Shown here in pieces: positions 33,201-45,598 of a stretch of 64,000 bases of DNA (positions within the stretch are counted from its first letter, which is position 1; every line of letters begins with the position of its first letter). The stretch is from Trichodelitschia bisporula. Its lineage: Eukaryota. The stretch spans positions 248,001 through 312,000 of the forward strand of contig ML996705.1 in the NCBI GenBank assembly GCA_010356995.1, written 5' to 3'. The translations under genes and the position numbers were made by a program. The notes under the pieces were generated by a model. It made no database searches. It was not told where the DNA came from and saw only the letters and a program-made list of their open reading frames with translations.

Positions 33201-34930
33201 TGGGCAGGGCTTTGCCGGCGCAGCATCTCACTGACAGTTGTGTGTATAAGTGAAAAAACTTCCTCGCACGTACTCCAGAGTCAAGCTGGAGAGTTTCGTC
33301 CTGGAAGTTTGCCCTTGCACAAGGTCTTTTGGCCTCGTTGCTTGAATTTAGTTATCGTTTGAACAATGCTAGCAAGTCTGCATAGACCGTTTGGAAGCGA
33401 ACCAAACTTTGATGAAAATTTGAGAGATGAGGATGAGAGAAGGATGCGGACGGATCGCAGTTTTTATAAGGACTGGCCACAACAAACAAACCCGGTGCAA
33501 GAGCGATTAGCTCGAACAGGTGGGAACGAGCGACGGTTGAAACACGTGGCCAGGATGACTTTAAGAGAGGGCAGGAGCGAAGGTCATGCAGTGGCTGACT
33601 CATTCATAAAAAAGGTTCTCACACGAAATACCATGACTTTGGTGAACGACCAGTTCACACGGCCCGACGTTGATATTGTGAAAAGGTTATGATGTTGGTT
33701 CAATGGAAAAAAGTGAAGTTGTCTCGCTAGGAACTTTTGAACTTGAGGCTTTCAACAAGACAATAAATCACACAACAAATCACATGTGTACGGTACTGTT
33801 TCTCTTAAGATACAATTGAATCAGCACCACTACAGCTTGTTTATATATGCGACAGGAGCGGCTTTAGCGAAGTTAACAGCAATGGCCTGCTATGTCAACG
33901 AGCTCGTTCCTTTGCGGAGGTGATCGCGGTGATGTACCAAGAAAGCCGGGGTGCGACGCATGCGTAAACCTCCGCACGGCTGTACAAGGCTGGGCACGGT
34001 CGTTTCAACCTCACTCCATGACCATGAGGCTGAACACTGTAGTCCGCTAGACATTTTGGAGCAGAGCATTGCTTCAACAGTAGATGGAGAGTCTGTTTAT
34101 GGGCAAGAGGGTATCTTGGAAAATAAAAATACAGCTTTACCGCCCGCTTCCAGCTGCTACCCGAATATCGATATCAATCCGTGCAAACTGCACCACCGTG
34201 GATTCTTAAGCAGTCAAGCCGTTCAGGAAGAGTTTGAAATTTGCTTGGGAAAATGCGATCTATACTTTGAGCTGTAATCAATGACCGGTATCCTCATCTG
34301 GGCGGGTAGGGATTCGCTCGTTGTATGAATGGCTGCGGTCGAGACCGGAAGTAGGGGAGTTGAAAGATTCGAACTCACTGCGGAGTATGAAGGCGAAACC
34401 CGGATGTATAGTCCTTACATATTCTAGCAAGTCTCTTCGCCGTATTTGGAACCTCGAATATTGAGGCCCGGCACTCAAGGAGGCTGTGAACAGAGCGGGG
34501 CGTATCAAGTCCACGATATATGATTGAAGAGAGCCGCACCGATCACTGCTTGATGTGGAGTTAATCATTACTCAGGGATGCTTGCTCCTACTTGTCCCAG
34601 GCTACAAACGCCATTGTACTGGGTGAGCATGCAAAAGTCATGGGGGACAGGGAGTTTGCCTTCATCCCACCCCTCGAAGGTCGCATTCTTTCCCTCCGAA
34701 GTATCATCTGCATTCTGCCGGTCAGTCCGGTGGGTGCGTCGCACCTTCCCTTCGAAGCCGCACTTCTGCAACTGCCATTGTTCTTGCAGAACGCGCTATT
34801 CTTCGATCGCGAAGGCTTGGCAGCCTCGAGGGGTATACCTTTGAGAAAATCTTCTACTCTCCCTTTCTCTTCCTCGACACAGTTCACAGAAAGAAATCAT
34901 CACCAGCTACTGCTCATAGCAACCGCCACG

Positions 34931-37142
34931 ATGGTAGTGTCCTCTTATACATCGAGTATACGACAATTCGCTAATATCTCAGTCTTCTTTCGCAACAATC
35001 TTTGTCTTCAGCATCTCGCCTGCCCCCGCCATCCTTACCTTCTGTGCCCCCACTGGCATTCTCGGCCAGACCGCCTGCAAGCGCACCGCCACAGAAATCG
35101 GACATATGGACATCAAGCGCGTGTGCATCCGCGCGGCGCCCGCCAATGTGGTGCTCGGCTCGCGTAAGAGCTCGATCGTCTTCGACGAGAGCCAGCAGCC
35201 AGCCCATAAGCGTGCCTGCCTTCAAGACATCAAGAAGCCGAGCGAGCGCAAGTTTTGCCGGTCCATGCTGGCAATTCCATTCAAGAAGAGTGCGGGGGCA
35301 GAGGGCATCAAGACGTTCACGTTTGAGATCGCCCATGATCTCACCTTCATCCTAAGCCCGGGCTACGAACTAGCGCGCGGTGCACCGTCCACCTCCATTC
35401 CCGGCACCGCATTCAAGGCGCCTTCGGCTTCAGCATCCACGGCGCCTTCGGCGTCAGTGTCCACATCCGGTCCAACCCCTAAGACGACATCCGGCCCCGC
35501 ATCGGTGACAACCTCCGGTCATGTCTCTGCCGCTTCCGTTGCCACCACCGCTCCCGCCAGCAATCCGGCTTCGACGTCCGTTGCGACTTCGTCGTCCGTC
35601 TCGGCTTCGTCCGTTTCGGCCTCGTCTGCTTCGGCGTCGTCGACCATCCCATACATCCAAGGAAAACAGAACGGCACTTCTTCCCCGCGCAACGCCCAGC
35701 CGGCCGTCTCGCCCGCCGCCACAGATCCAGATCAGATGGAGTATGAAGAGAACAAGGCAGATCCTAACGCCATGGACTGGGCCTTTGAGTCGCCCAAGAT
35801 GTTGTTCACGCCTCCTCAGACGCCTAGGGACCAGGCCATCATCACTCCAGTTTCGCCCGAGCTGGAAATGATCGACGCGCCTGGCCCTAACATCCTACTC
35901 TGGCCCAAGGCTCCGACACAGCCGCTGGTTCAGAAGCCAGTGAGGGTGGGGGACGTGGATATGCAAGATGCGTTCCCGTCGCCGCCGCCGACGCCGCCAT
36001 ACACCCAAGGTCCGGCTGCTGCTCTGTTCTGGAGCAGGGCGCCTACGGGTGCCACCAAATTCGCGCCTACGGGCATCAAGTCAGTCCCGGCCGTTCCCGC
36101 CGCCGCCCAGCCAGTCCAAATCCCCTCCGTTCCCACCGCCGCACCGGCCAACAATGTCAGCATTCTCGGAGATGGACTGGCTGCTCTCTCCATCGATATC
36201 ACTGCTGCGCCGATTGCACCCGCCGCCGCGCCTGGTGAATCCGCCGCAGAGCAAGCCACTACTGCCGATCCCCCCGCCGATGACGACGAGCTGCAAACCG
36301 CCCTCGCCGCCCTATCGGTGGCTGGCCCCGCCCCGGCGTATGTCTACGTCCCGCCCGTCCCGGTGTTCGTGGACAGCACGGACCCGGACGTTCCCCCCAG
36401 CATTCCCTCGAAGAAACCCCTCAAGGGCTCGGGGAAAGGCGTTTTTAAAACGTCAACATTCAAATCACATAAGGCGGGATCGTCGTCAGAGGTGCTGAAG
36501 CCCATGCCCTCGAAGGTCCTCAAGGCCTCGACGGCGACGGTGCTGAAGGCCTCGACGGCGAAGCCCAAAAAGAAGCTGTTCCAGGAGGTGGACGCGGAAA
36601 TGGCGGCGATGCTCAAGGCAATCCTGCCGGGACTGCCGAAGGAGTTTAGAGATGCGGCGCTGAAGGAGGCCCGCACCGAGCCCGTCGCCGAAGAAGCCAA
36701 TTGCGCAGACGAGGCTAAGAAGGCGGAAACTTTATCCAAGGGCACCAAGGTCCTAGAGCAGCCTGCCACCGCTAATCGTCACACGAAGGCCACCTACGCT
36801 ACCGAGTTCAAGCGCCGCGCGCCATCCCGCCCCAGTGCCTACGCGGCCGAAAACTCCGATGACGAGCCAGGCGACGAAGGGTCTTGCCCTTCGTCGTCTG
36901 GCTTGAGAGCCTTTAGGAAAAAGCGGTCCACCCAATCCTCCGTCAAGCTGCCGGACAACTTCCACGCGATCGTGGCTGCTGCGGAGGCAGCGGAAAAGGC
37001 CAAGGCCGCTTCGCGTAACGAGGCAGACCTTCCGGATCTCCCTGACTACAGGTCGGATGATGATTACCCGCCGGACGCATTCAAGGTTCCCAACCTCGAC
37101 TTCGACTTGGGGTCCCTCAAAAAGGCCCTCAACGAGTTGTAG
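34931..37142 (+). CDS. Orphan, largely disordered A/P/S/T-rich protein (~720 aa)
   Basis: ATG-only exon 34931-34933, intron 34934-34982, exon 2 open and in frame with the 678-aa ORF (MSSFATIFVFSISPAPAILTF...MDIKRVCI...). No family recognised. Confidence 0.8.
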
Positions 37143-38072
37143 GGGTCGGGAACCTCTGGGTAGCCAGCCAAAAGCATCTGATACCATCACAAACTTCGTC
37201 CTTTTCTTGAACTGGAGATGTGCAAGTAAGTTCCACCACTATTACCGGCCGACGTGAAGCTAACAATTTTAGTAGCTGGCCCATCGACAATTCATTAATT
37301 CATTGTGTGTTCCCATGGGTACGGAGCGCGGGATCCATTGCCTTGGGAGTGATTTCCTTTCTCGAACTTGAGCGTTTTCTTTGATTGTTTCACTTTTGTA
37401 CGGGAGTTGCAGCTGTTTTATCGTGTATGATTATGCAGAATTTTTTTTTTCATTAAAACCCCTATGCGTACCGTGATGCCATCATGTTGCCAATATACGA
37501 GTGACGTCTTCTGGTCCTTCAGGTCCGCAAAGGCTAAGTGCCTTGAGGTCTGCTTGAGACCAGCAAAGGACGCCGACGCCACAATACACTGGAGATAGCG
37601 GATGGTCTCTTGCTCTAACCATATGCTGGATGTCGCTGTTCACGGTGAAGGAGTGACGTTGGAGGCTCGGACCGAGTTGGGACGGGATACCGACTGACAC
37701 GTGACTGGAACATGTGATGAGACGAGAACATCGACCATCACCCAATGCCCGAGCCAGACAGAAGTCAACAGGGGCCCAGATAGGCACACATCAAACAGCA
37801 AGAAAGTAGCTCCCCTTCACCCACCCTCATCACATCCTCGCGCAAAGACAACTTCACATTAACAGCATTGATTCCCCACATCATCACCATTTAAAAACGC
37901 CATCCAGCCCCACCGCGGGACCCCAACAAGCATAGCGCCTCTAGAGTACAACGGAGTGGCAAACCCAGCCTATATGCCCAAGAGCGGAGAGAGATCCATA
38001 CACAGCCCGATTTTGTATATGTCGCGTTTATGAACACCCCCCTCGCACCTTCGTACAGCCTTCACCAATTGC

Positions 38073-39604
38073 TTACTCGATAATCCGCGTCACTAGGCCC
38101 GTAGCAACGGTCCGTCCACCCTCGCGCACGTTAAATCGCTGGCCAGTCTCCAGCGCCAGCGGGTGGTGCAGCTCGCACTCCATCTCCACGTTGTCGCCCG
38201 GCATCACCATCTTGCCGGACTTGAACTCCTCGGAGTCGGCAGGCCAGTGGAGAGCGGCAGCCTCATCTGGCAGAGGTCAGCAAAAAGCTCATCACGTGAA
38301 CGAAGACAAAATTTACCGGCCGTCCGGATGTAGACCTGGGGGCGGTAGTTGCTGGCAAAGCCAGTGGCGCGGCCACCCTCCTCCTTGCTCAGCACGTACA
38401 TCGAGCAAAGGAACTTCTTGTGCGCCTTCATGGAGCCAGGCATCGTGATGACCATTCCGCGCTTGACGTCCTCGCGCTTGACACCACGGAGCAGCAGACC
38501 GGAGTTGTCACCAGCACGGCTCTCGTCGCAGGCCTTGTGGAAGGTCTCAATGTCGGTGACCTTAGTTTTGATGGGGACCTCGTTCTTGCCAACCAGCTCC
38601 ACTTCAGTATCCTTCTTCAGAATACCGCGCTCGACGCGCCCGCTGGCAACGGTACCACGGCCGGGGATGGAGAAAACGTCCTCAATGCTCATCAGGAAGG
38701 GCTTGTCCGTCTCGCGCTGCGGCGTCGGGATCCACTCGTCGACGGCGTTGAGCAGCTCGTCAATCTTCTCCTGGCCAAGCTCCGGACGGCGACCCTCGAG
38801 CGCGCAGAGCGCAGAGCCGAGAACGATGGGTGTTTCATCACCCTCGAAGCCGTAGGTGGTCAGCAGCTCCCGCATTTCCATCTCGACCAACTCCAACATC
38901 TCCGGGTCCTCGATGGCGTCGACCTTGTTAACGAAGACGACGATCTTCTGCACACCGACCTGGCGCGCAAGCAGCAGATGCTCACGGGTTTGGGGCCTGG
39001 CCGTTAGCGATGCTCCTGTAGAGGTGGCAGAGCCTTACATTTGACCGTCGCTGGCCGCCACGACAATGATAGCACCGTCCATGTTCGCCGCACCTGTAAT
39101 CATGTTCTTGATGTAATCGGCGTGACCAGGGCAGTCGACGTGGGCGTAGTGGCGCTTCTCAGTCTGGTACTCAATGTGGGCAGTCGAGATGGTAATACCA
39201 CGTTTGCGCTCCTCAGGCGCCTTGTCAATGGCACCATAGTCGAGGAAGCTAGCGAGGCCCTTCTCAGCCTGACGCTTTGTGATGGCAGCCGTGAGGGTAG
39301 TCTGGAAGTGTGAGCTTGGTGCCGAAGACGAGGCGGGGAAGTGGGGTGGGTTCTACCTTGCCGTGATCGACGTGACCAATGGTGCCTTTGGGGGTGTTAG
39401 CTAAGACCTGAGGCCTCAATTGAGGCGGAACGGACCGATGTTGACGTGCGGCTTCGTGCGCTCAAAGGCTGTAGCGTAGTTCCGGCATGCTGCGGCGTAT
39501 TTGGCGGCACCTTGAGCACCGAGAGCTTGCTGGAGAGGGTTCGCAGCCCTCCAGAGGCCGAAAGCGGCGCGGGATGTGCGAAGGAACGCGTGAGCGTAAA
39601 CCAT
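38073..39604 (-). CDS. TUF1: Mitochondrial translation elongation factor Tu
   Basis: Presequence, [69 protein letters not shown]. Four introns. Confidence 0.97.
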
Positions 39605-40099
39605 GTTCACAGCGAGCACTGCAGGCACACGGAGAAGGGTCGGGAGAAGTGGAGGGAGAGAGGTTGGGCTGGCTTGAGCTTGAAGATGATCGGGTTTTTT
39701 GGTGTTGCGGCTTAATTTTCAAGATGCTGGTCCGAGCGTCGGCCTGCGGGCTGCAGTTCTGCTGACATAACACACCAGGTTCACACCGCGTAAGAATTGC
39801 CATCGCGGATTGGACGAATGGAAGAGCTTTTTGAGCTTTGCGGAGAAAGCCCAGAGGGTGGAACTTCGCGTGTCGAGAGGAAAAGAACATCCGGACGGGG
39901 CATAGCCATTGACTTCAAGTTGCAATCCACTTTTCCTTCCACTTCAACCTCAGCTACACCCTCTTCTCTCTCCAGTTCACCACTCCTCCTCCCCGCCTCC
40001 ATCCCGTGTGAGAGAAGCTCCAGGATACCCGAGGCCCGACTCCTGCCCGCCGCAGCTTGATCAGCGTCATAAGCTCTCAACCCACCCCGACTGCCATTG

Positions 40100-41739
40100 A
40101 TGTCTCTCCGCAACCCCATCCTCCGCGCAGCGACGCCTCTCTGCCGACTGCCGCGCAGAACCATCGGAGCCATGCCTCTCAAGGCAAAAATCACAAACCC
40201 GACCTTTGGGTCACGAACGGTATGTGTGCGGGATGGTTGTGGGGTTGGTGCGTTCGGGGTGCTGACGGTCCTATCAGATGGTTACCGAAACTGAACTCCA
40301 CAATTTGATATACACACGGCGCGCCGATGATCCCGACGATGTTACCTTCACGCAAGCTTACGGCCTGCGCACAATTGAGCTCAACCGGCCCAAGAAGCTG
40401 AATTCGCTCAATGCCTCCATGGCGCGGAAGATTATCGGGAGACTATGGGTATGAGTCTATGGGTCCAGAGGTGCAAGGTCAATGCTGAGATAGCTGCAGG
40501 AGTGGGAAAAGTCTGACATGGCGAACATTGTCGTCATTCAGGGCGCCGGACGGGCATTTTGCGCTGGCGGTGATGTCGCGGAGCTGGCCAAATGGAACCA
40601 GGATGGCCCTGAAGGGCAGAAGCGGTCAAGCGACTACTTTGCGCTTGAATACAAGCTTGACCACATGATTGCGGCATATCGCAAGCCGTATGTCGCGTAC
40701 ATGGATGGCATCACCATGGGCGGAGGTGTTGGACTGAGCGTGCATGCCCCGTTCCGCATCGCCACCGAGAACACCGTTTTCGCGATGCCCGAGACGACCA
40801 TTGGCTTCTTCCCCGACGTCGGTGCGTCGTTTTTCCTGCCCAAGATGGACGGCAATATGGGCACATACCTGGCGCTCACGAGCGAGCAGCTTAAGGGCGT
40901 GGATGTCTTGTAAGTCTAGTGGCAAACGGCATGCATAACGGCGCGACTAACAACGTAATAGCTATCACGGCATCGCCACCCACTTCATCCACTCCACCTC
41001 CCTGCCCGCCCTCTCTACTCGTCTGGCAGAGCTCCGCTTCGAGGATTATGCTACGCTGGAGGAGCGCTACAAGCTCATTGCATCGACGATCGCCGAATAC
41101 AACACGGGTCTCCCTGCACCGCGTCCCAACATCTCCGGTCGCCTCCGTCAGCTGGTGGATAGCTGCTTCGCGCATGAGACCCCGGCCGCCATTCTCAAGG
41201 CCCTTGAGGAAGTGCGCACCACGGAGGAGGACCCCGCCCTGCAGGCCTGGGCCGACAAGACCATCAAGACCATCCGTGACCGCAGCCCCATCTCCGTCGC
41301 CGTAACCCTGCGGCAAATGGCCGTCGGAAAGGACTGGAACATTGCGCAGACGTTCCAGCGCGAGCACGGCATCGCCTCGCGCTTCATGGCGCACCCTGAC
41401 TTCGTCGAGGGTGTGTCGGCGCGCTTGATTCGCCGCGAGAAGGGTCGGCCCAACTGGCAGCCGGCGCAGCTCGAGGATGTGCAGGAGAAGGACGTGGATG
41501 CCTTCTTTGCGCCGCCGGAGGGTCCGGAGCTGGCGCTGCTGGAGAGCGGAGAGCGCGCGCAGTACCGCGAGTACCCGCATGCGTGGCTGGCGCTGCCTAC
41601 CGAGGCAGAGATTGTGGACGCGTGGAAGGGAGGTGAGCTCAGCACCGATCAGGTTGTAGAGCGCTTTCTGCTGGAGAAGGATGGCAAGGTTGGCATCCGG
41701 GAGAAGGTCGAAGAGGTCCTGGAGCGGCATCGGCGGTGA
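40100..41739 (+). CDS. EHD3: 3-hydroxyisobutyryl-CoA hydrolase, mitochondrial (Ehd3/mS47)
   Basis: ELNRPKKLNSLN, RAFCAGGDV, MDGITMGGGVGLS, FAMPETTIGFFPDVG, PDFVEGV. Three introns. Alternative start at MPLKAK. Confidence 0.93.
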
Positions 41740-43921
41740 GGATGTGGCTGTGCTGGTGGTGGTGATGTGACGAGGCATTAGCTAGGGCAGCGCAAGCATT
41801 GGATGGAGTACTGGGGCAGTGCATGGGTGTCTCTTGTTCTGCAACTAGATGTGTGATGTGTGAATAGTGAGTAGGGGTGGAGTAGCCTCCGCGCTTCCTG
41901 GTCTTCGTCTTGCGTCGTCCGTCCTGACTGATGATGAGTGACCAGGATCGAATGCAGCTGCGTCGTTCGTCCTAGCTGATGAGTGATCGCTTTCGGATAG
42001 AGCTGCATCGTCGTGAACATGGAATCCCAACCCTCCACCCTTCTCTTTTGTTTGAGTTTCGTCTCCCTCATCTGTTGAGGCTCATCTTCCCCCGTCACCA
42101 TTTCCGCACCAGAGTACCCCCGACCCGAGACAGGGCTGCCCACGGCGAGCTGAAAACGTTGCATTTAGCCCTAATGAACCTAAAATGGACAGTGTCGCTC
42201 CCTCAGAAAGCGCCTCGCAGCAGCGAAGAAAGAGTCCAAACAAGCCAGCCCGATACACGCCGCGCCGCCAGCTGCAGGCGCCATGCGGGCGATCGAGCCG
42301 CGCGGCGGGGAAGTTCGCAGCTCCGTCGATGGACGAAGGCCTGTGATGCACGATGTATCGCGTGGCGACGTGTTGGTGGCGGCTTGGAGTAGTGGAGAGG
42401 GCAAAAGAAGGGCGAGCACTTGCTGTATGAAGCTATTGAACGCGAATTGCTGCAGCTATCGCATAGTCCACGAAGCCGCGCCTAACCGTTCTCATCCTCA
42501 TCACCATCCTCAATCCCCTCCCCTCTCCCCCCCTCATCCCCGCCCCCACCCCCCGGCCCCCCGTCAACGGCCGCAGTCGTCGTGGCGCCGCCACATCTCG
42601 AACTTCAAGCTGAGGGCGCGCACAACGCGGCCAGGGCCCGCACGATGCAATACCACTAACCCTTGTAGCTTCGAGGAAACACATCGGCATCGCGGGCCCA
42701 GGTGCAGTGCGGTCACGCGTGGCGCCCGCAATAGTACCGTCAATGTTCCGCAAGGCTGGCGCCGCATGGAGGCGGTCGCACACAGTGTCTGCCACCCGGC
42801 TACGACACCTCTCCTCGCAGCGACTGCGCTCCCCATTGTCCGCGCGATCAGCGGCCGCATGCCCGCATCCGGCCCCAGGCGGGCCCTCAGCGACGCGGTG
42901 ACAGCTGACTTTCAGCCTGGCCGCCGCAAACTCCCCAATATCCCGAAATCACGGCCTTGCGAGACCCGCCTGAAGCTCAGAATACCGCACCTCACGACAG
43001 CGGTCCCACGCTTTCAAGCTCCCGCGCTGCGCGCTGCCATGAGCTTCACCGGTGCACCTGCCCGCGCCACCCCAATCCTCGCACGCCTCGCATCCCCTCC
43101 GCGCGCAACACAATACACCCGCGCCGTTTCCGCCCCCGGCAAACGTAGGCGCGCCCCGCCCGCAGGCGTCCCGTGGCTGGCTGGCGCGCGCCCGCGATGG
43201 GCAAGACATGCCGAATACAGGCCTATTCGCACATGCCGTAGTAACTTCGTAACATGTGCCTGCTTGGTGCTGCAGGATATGCTGCGCTTCTACCGTACCA
43301 TAGCAAGGCTCTCTGTGTTATGCGATCAACAGAGAAAGAAGCGGTGGTAGAAGCGCGCCTACCCCCCATGCCCCCGACCCCCGCTCCCATGCCCTTCGGG
43401 CCCCAGCCCACTCGGCACCTACCGCGCCCCCCGCCGACCGCCCCTCCCCCCCGCCGTCGGCGCACCGCAGGCAACTGCACCCCTCCCCTCCCCTCCCTCA
43501 CCTACCCCCCCCCGCACCGCCGGTGAGATCGGGCGTTGGGACCGGGGGCGTCGCGCAGAGAGGCTTGCGCATTGCGCGGGCCCGGCGCGAGTGGGCGGGC
43601 TGAGGGCCAGCTGGGTGGGACGCGATGGGTGCGCAACTGGCGTCTGTGACGCAGGCGGACGCAGGTGGGATGCGAACACGGTGGGCGCAGGAGTATATGA
43701 GTTGATGGCGCCCCCGGCGCGAGGTTGCTGCGAATTGACGTCGCTCGTTAATTTTTTACTTCGTGAAGGTTGAATTTGCGTGCACTGTTGGTTGTGTTCT
43801 GAGCGACCGAGAGCCGCATTTGCGCATTGAGAGAGAACAATTGGGGGCATACGGACGACGCGGAGCGGCGCGATACGATTCGGAAGCTTCACCATTACTG
43901 CCGCAAACACTGCCGCAAAGC

Positions 43922-44701
43922 ATGGAGTTCGATGGTGAGCAGGAAGCTCAAGGCCACACGACATCCTCCCCACCAGAGCCAACCCCGCACCAAGAAGCCC
44001 CGCCGCCCATACTACCGCCTTCATACCTCTGGACCCGTCCACCGGCAGTCCTCCCAGGGCCCTACGATCACCCTTACTCGCCACGAGCCCAGGTGCCTTT
44101 AGATACAACCCCCACCATGCCCACCACCATGCCCACCACCATGCCCGTCACCATCCCTGCGCTGGCACCGCCGCCGCCCTGGCCCGTCATGCCGTTCGTG
44201 TCGTACCCGACCGTGCGCTTCATCCCTCCTCCTGGCGCTGAGACAGACGCCATCACAGGAGAAGCGACCACAACGACCGATGCCGGCTCAAAACTGGCCT
44301 TCCACGTCGGCCGGAAACCCCCCTCCCCCGACGACTACATACGCACCCCCGAGCTCACAACTTCAAGTCCGGACCTGGACTTCACGCCCCTGTCAGAGCG
44401 CGGGGTAACGGCGGGGCCCAAGGACGTGAGAGCGGACTTGGAGATGGATGACGGGGAGATTGAAGGTGCGAAGGGGAAGGCCAAATGGAATCCTGAGGTT
44501 GTGGAAAAGCCAGAGGCAAAGGAATCGAAGGAGGGCGTGACTGATGCCGCGATTGAGGACCTGCGGTGTACTGTCGAGTACATGCGTGTGGCGCCGGTGG
44601 ACGAAGCAGGTGCGCTGGCGCTCGTGCGAGGAAAGGTGTGGCGCGCGGGACGGCGAGGCCAGGGATGGAGGAGGCACCAATGGGTTGTGGAGGTGGGATA
44701 G
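43922..44701 (+). CDS. Hypothetical proline-rich protein
   Basis: 259-aa ATG ORF with a (PTTM)3 micro-repeat, coding-like composition and a C-to-G gradient. Confidence 0.55.
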   Translation: MEFDGEQEAQGHTTSSPPEPTPHQEAPPPILPPSYLWTRPPAVLPGPYDHPYSPRAQVPLDTTPTMPTTMPTTMPVTIPALAPPPPWPVMPFVSYPTVRFIPPPGAETDAITGEATTTTDAGSKLAFHVGRKPPSPDDYIRTPELTTSSPDLDFTPLSERGVTAGPKDVRADLEMDDGEIEGAKGKAKWNPEVVEKPEAKESKEGVTDAAIEDLRCTVEYMRVAPVDEAGALALVRGKVWRAGRRGQGWRRHQWVVEVG

Positions 44702-44855
44702 AGGGGACGGTTGCGGCGTTGGGGTTCAAAATTGATGTTCGAGGCGTGATGACGGCGGGTACACTGGGAAGGGGGTGTGTCGTCTATCCACCCAGCGCGT
44801 TAGCTAGAGCAATAGGAAAACCTCATGGTGATCATTACATCTGCTCCGGCTCCCC

Positions 44856-45598
44856 TCACGCCGTAGCTTTGGCCAAGATCTCCTCCCGTTCAAGCACCTC
44901 GGGAGCAAAGCGGATCAGGAACACCGTCTTGCCGGGCCACATCTGCGCTGGGGCATCCTTGGCCGGATCTTCATTGGCCCAGTGCGCGCTGACTCCTTGC
45001 GTTGCGAAGCCGGCGCCGTCGCAAACGCCCTCAATAATGCCGGCCACGTAGGCAGCGCAGTTCAGCTGGCTCATCTCCCGTGGCACGCTGATGTAGCTGT
45101 TCACAAGCGGCTCATTGTCGCTTATCATATACTCAGCTGCGTTCGCAGCGCTGCGCTCGAGCGCATCAGCGGGACGGCCAAATAGATGTTTCCACAGTGT
45201 TGTCGTGATAAACTGGAGGAGAGGGAGAACGCGCACAGGACGCGCGGTTGAAGGCTGCGGCGCAGTGCGTGTGAGAAGGAGGTCGAGCAGACGGAGGCCA
45301 AGAGGGTAGCCCTGGAGGTTAAGTCTAGGAGGGTAAGCTGAATCCCAACTTCCGCTGAGGGTAGCGCTTACCGCTTCTCGAGATCCGCCACCCCAGTCAC
45401 CCGCCGTTGCGCGTAGCTGATCATCTCGACAAATAGATAGGCAAAGGACGCGCGGCTGAGCTCGGCCGTCCGCGTCCGGTTGAGGTTTCGGTCATAGATG
45501 GTCTTCTTGTTGGTTGGATATCGGAGGCCAGGGGACTGAGTACGTAGAGACTGTTGCGGAAGCGCAGTTTGGGGATTTTTGGAAGGTGGTTGGGTCAT
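44856..45598 (-). CDS. TRS31: TRAPP complex subunit Trs31
   Basis: KTIYDRNLNRTRTAELSRASFAYLFVEMISYAQ, one intron, LNLQGYPLG, YISVPREMSQLNCAAYVAGIIEGV, KTVFLIRF. Confidence 0.95.

Noticed and set aside
33366..33692. 108-aa ORF in the accessory block
   Set aside because: No recognisable motif or supporting gene structure.
28700..37500. Starship or intact LTR element
   Set aside because: No tyrosine-recombinase captain, gag, integrase, LTR pair or target-site duplication was recognisable.
41911..41995. Hammerhead ribozyme or C/D snoRNA (two CTGATGA motifs)
   Set aside because: No correctly placed GAAA or stems seen. It looks like a ~35-bp local duplication in the EHD3 3' region.
42283..43350. 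355-aa ORF and overlapping ORFs
   Set aside because: R/P/A-rich open frames expected in GC-rich DNA, with no motifs. The C-to-G swing at 43360-43700 could hide a small gene, but no model could be supported.
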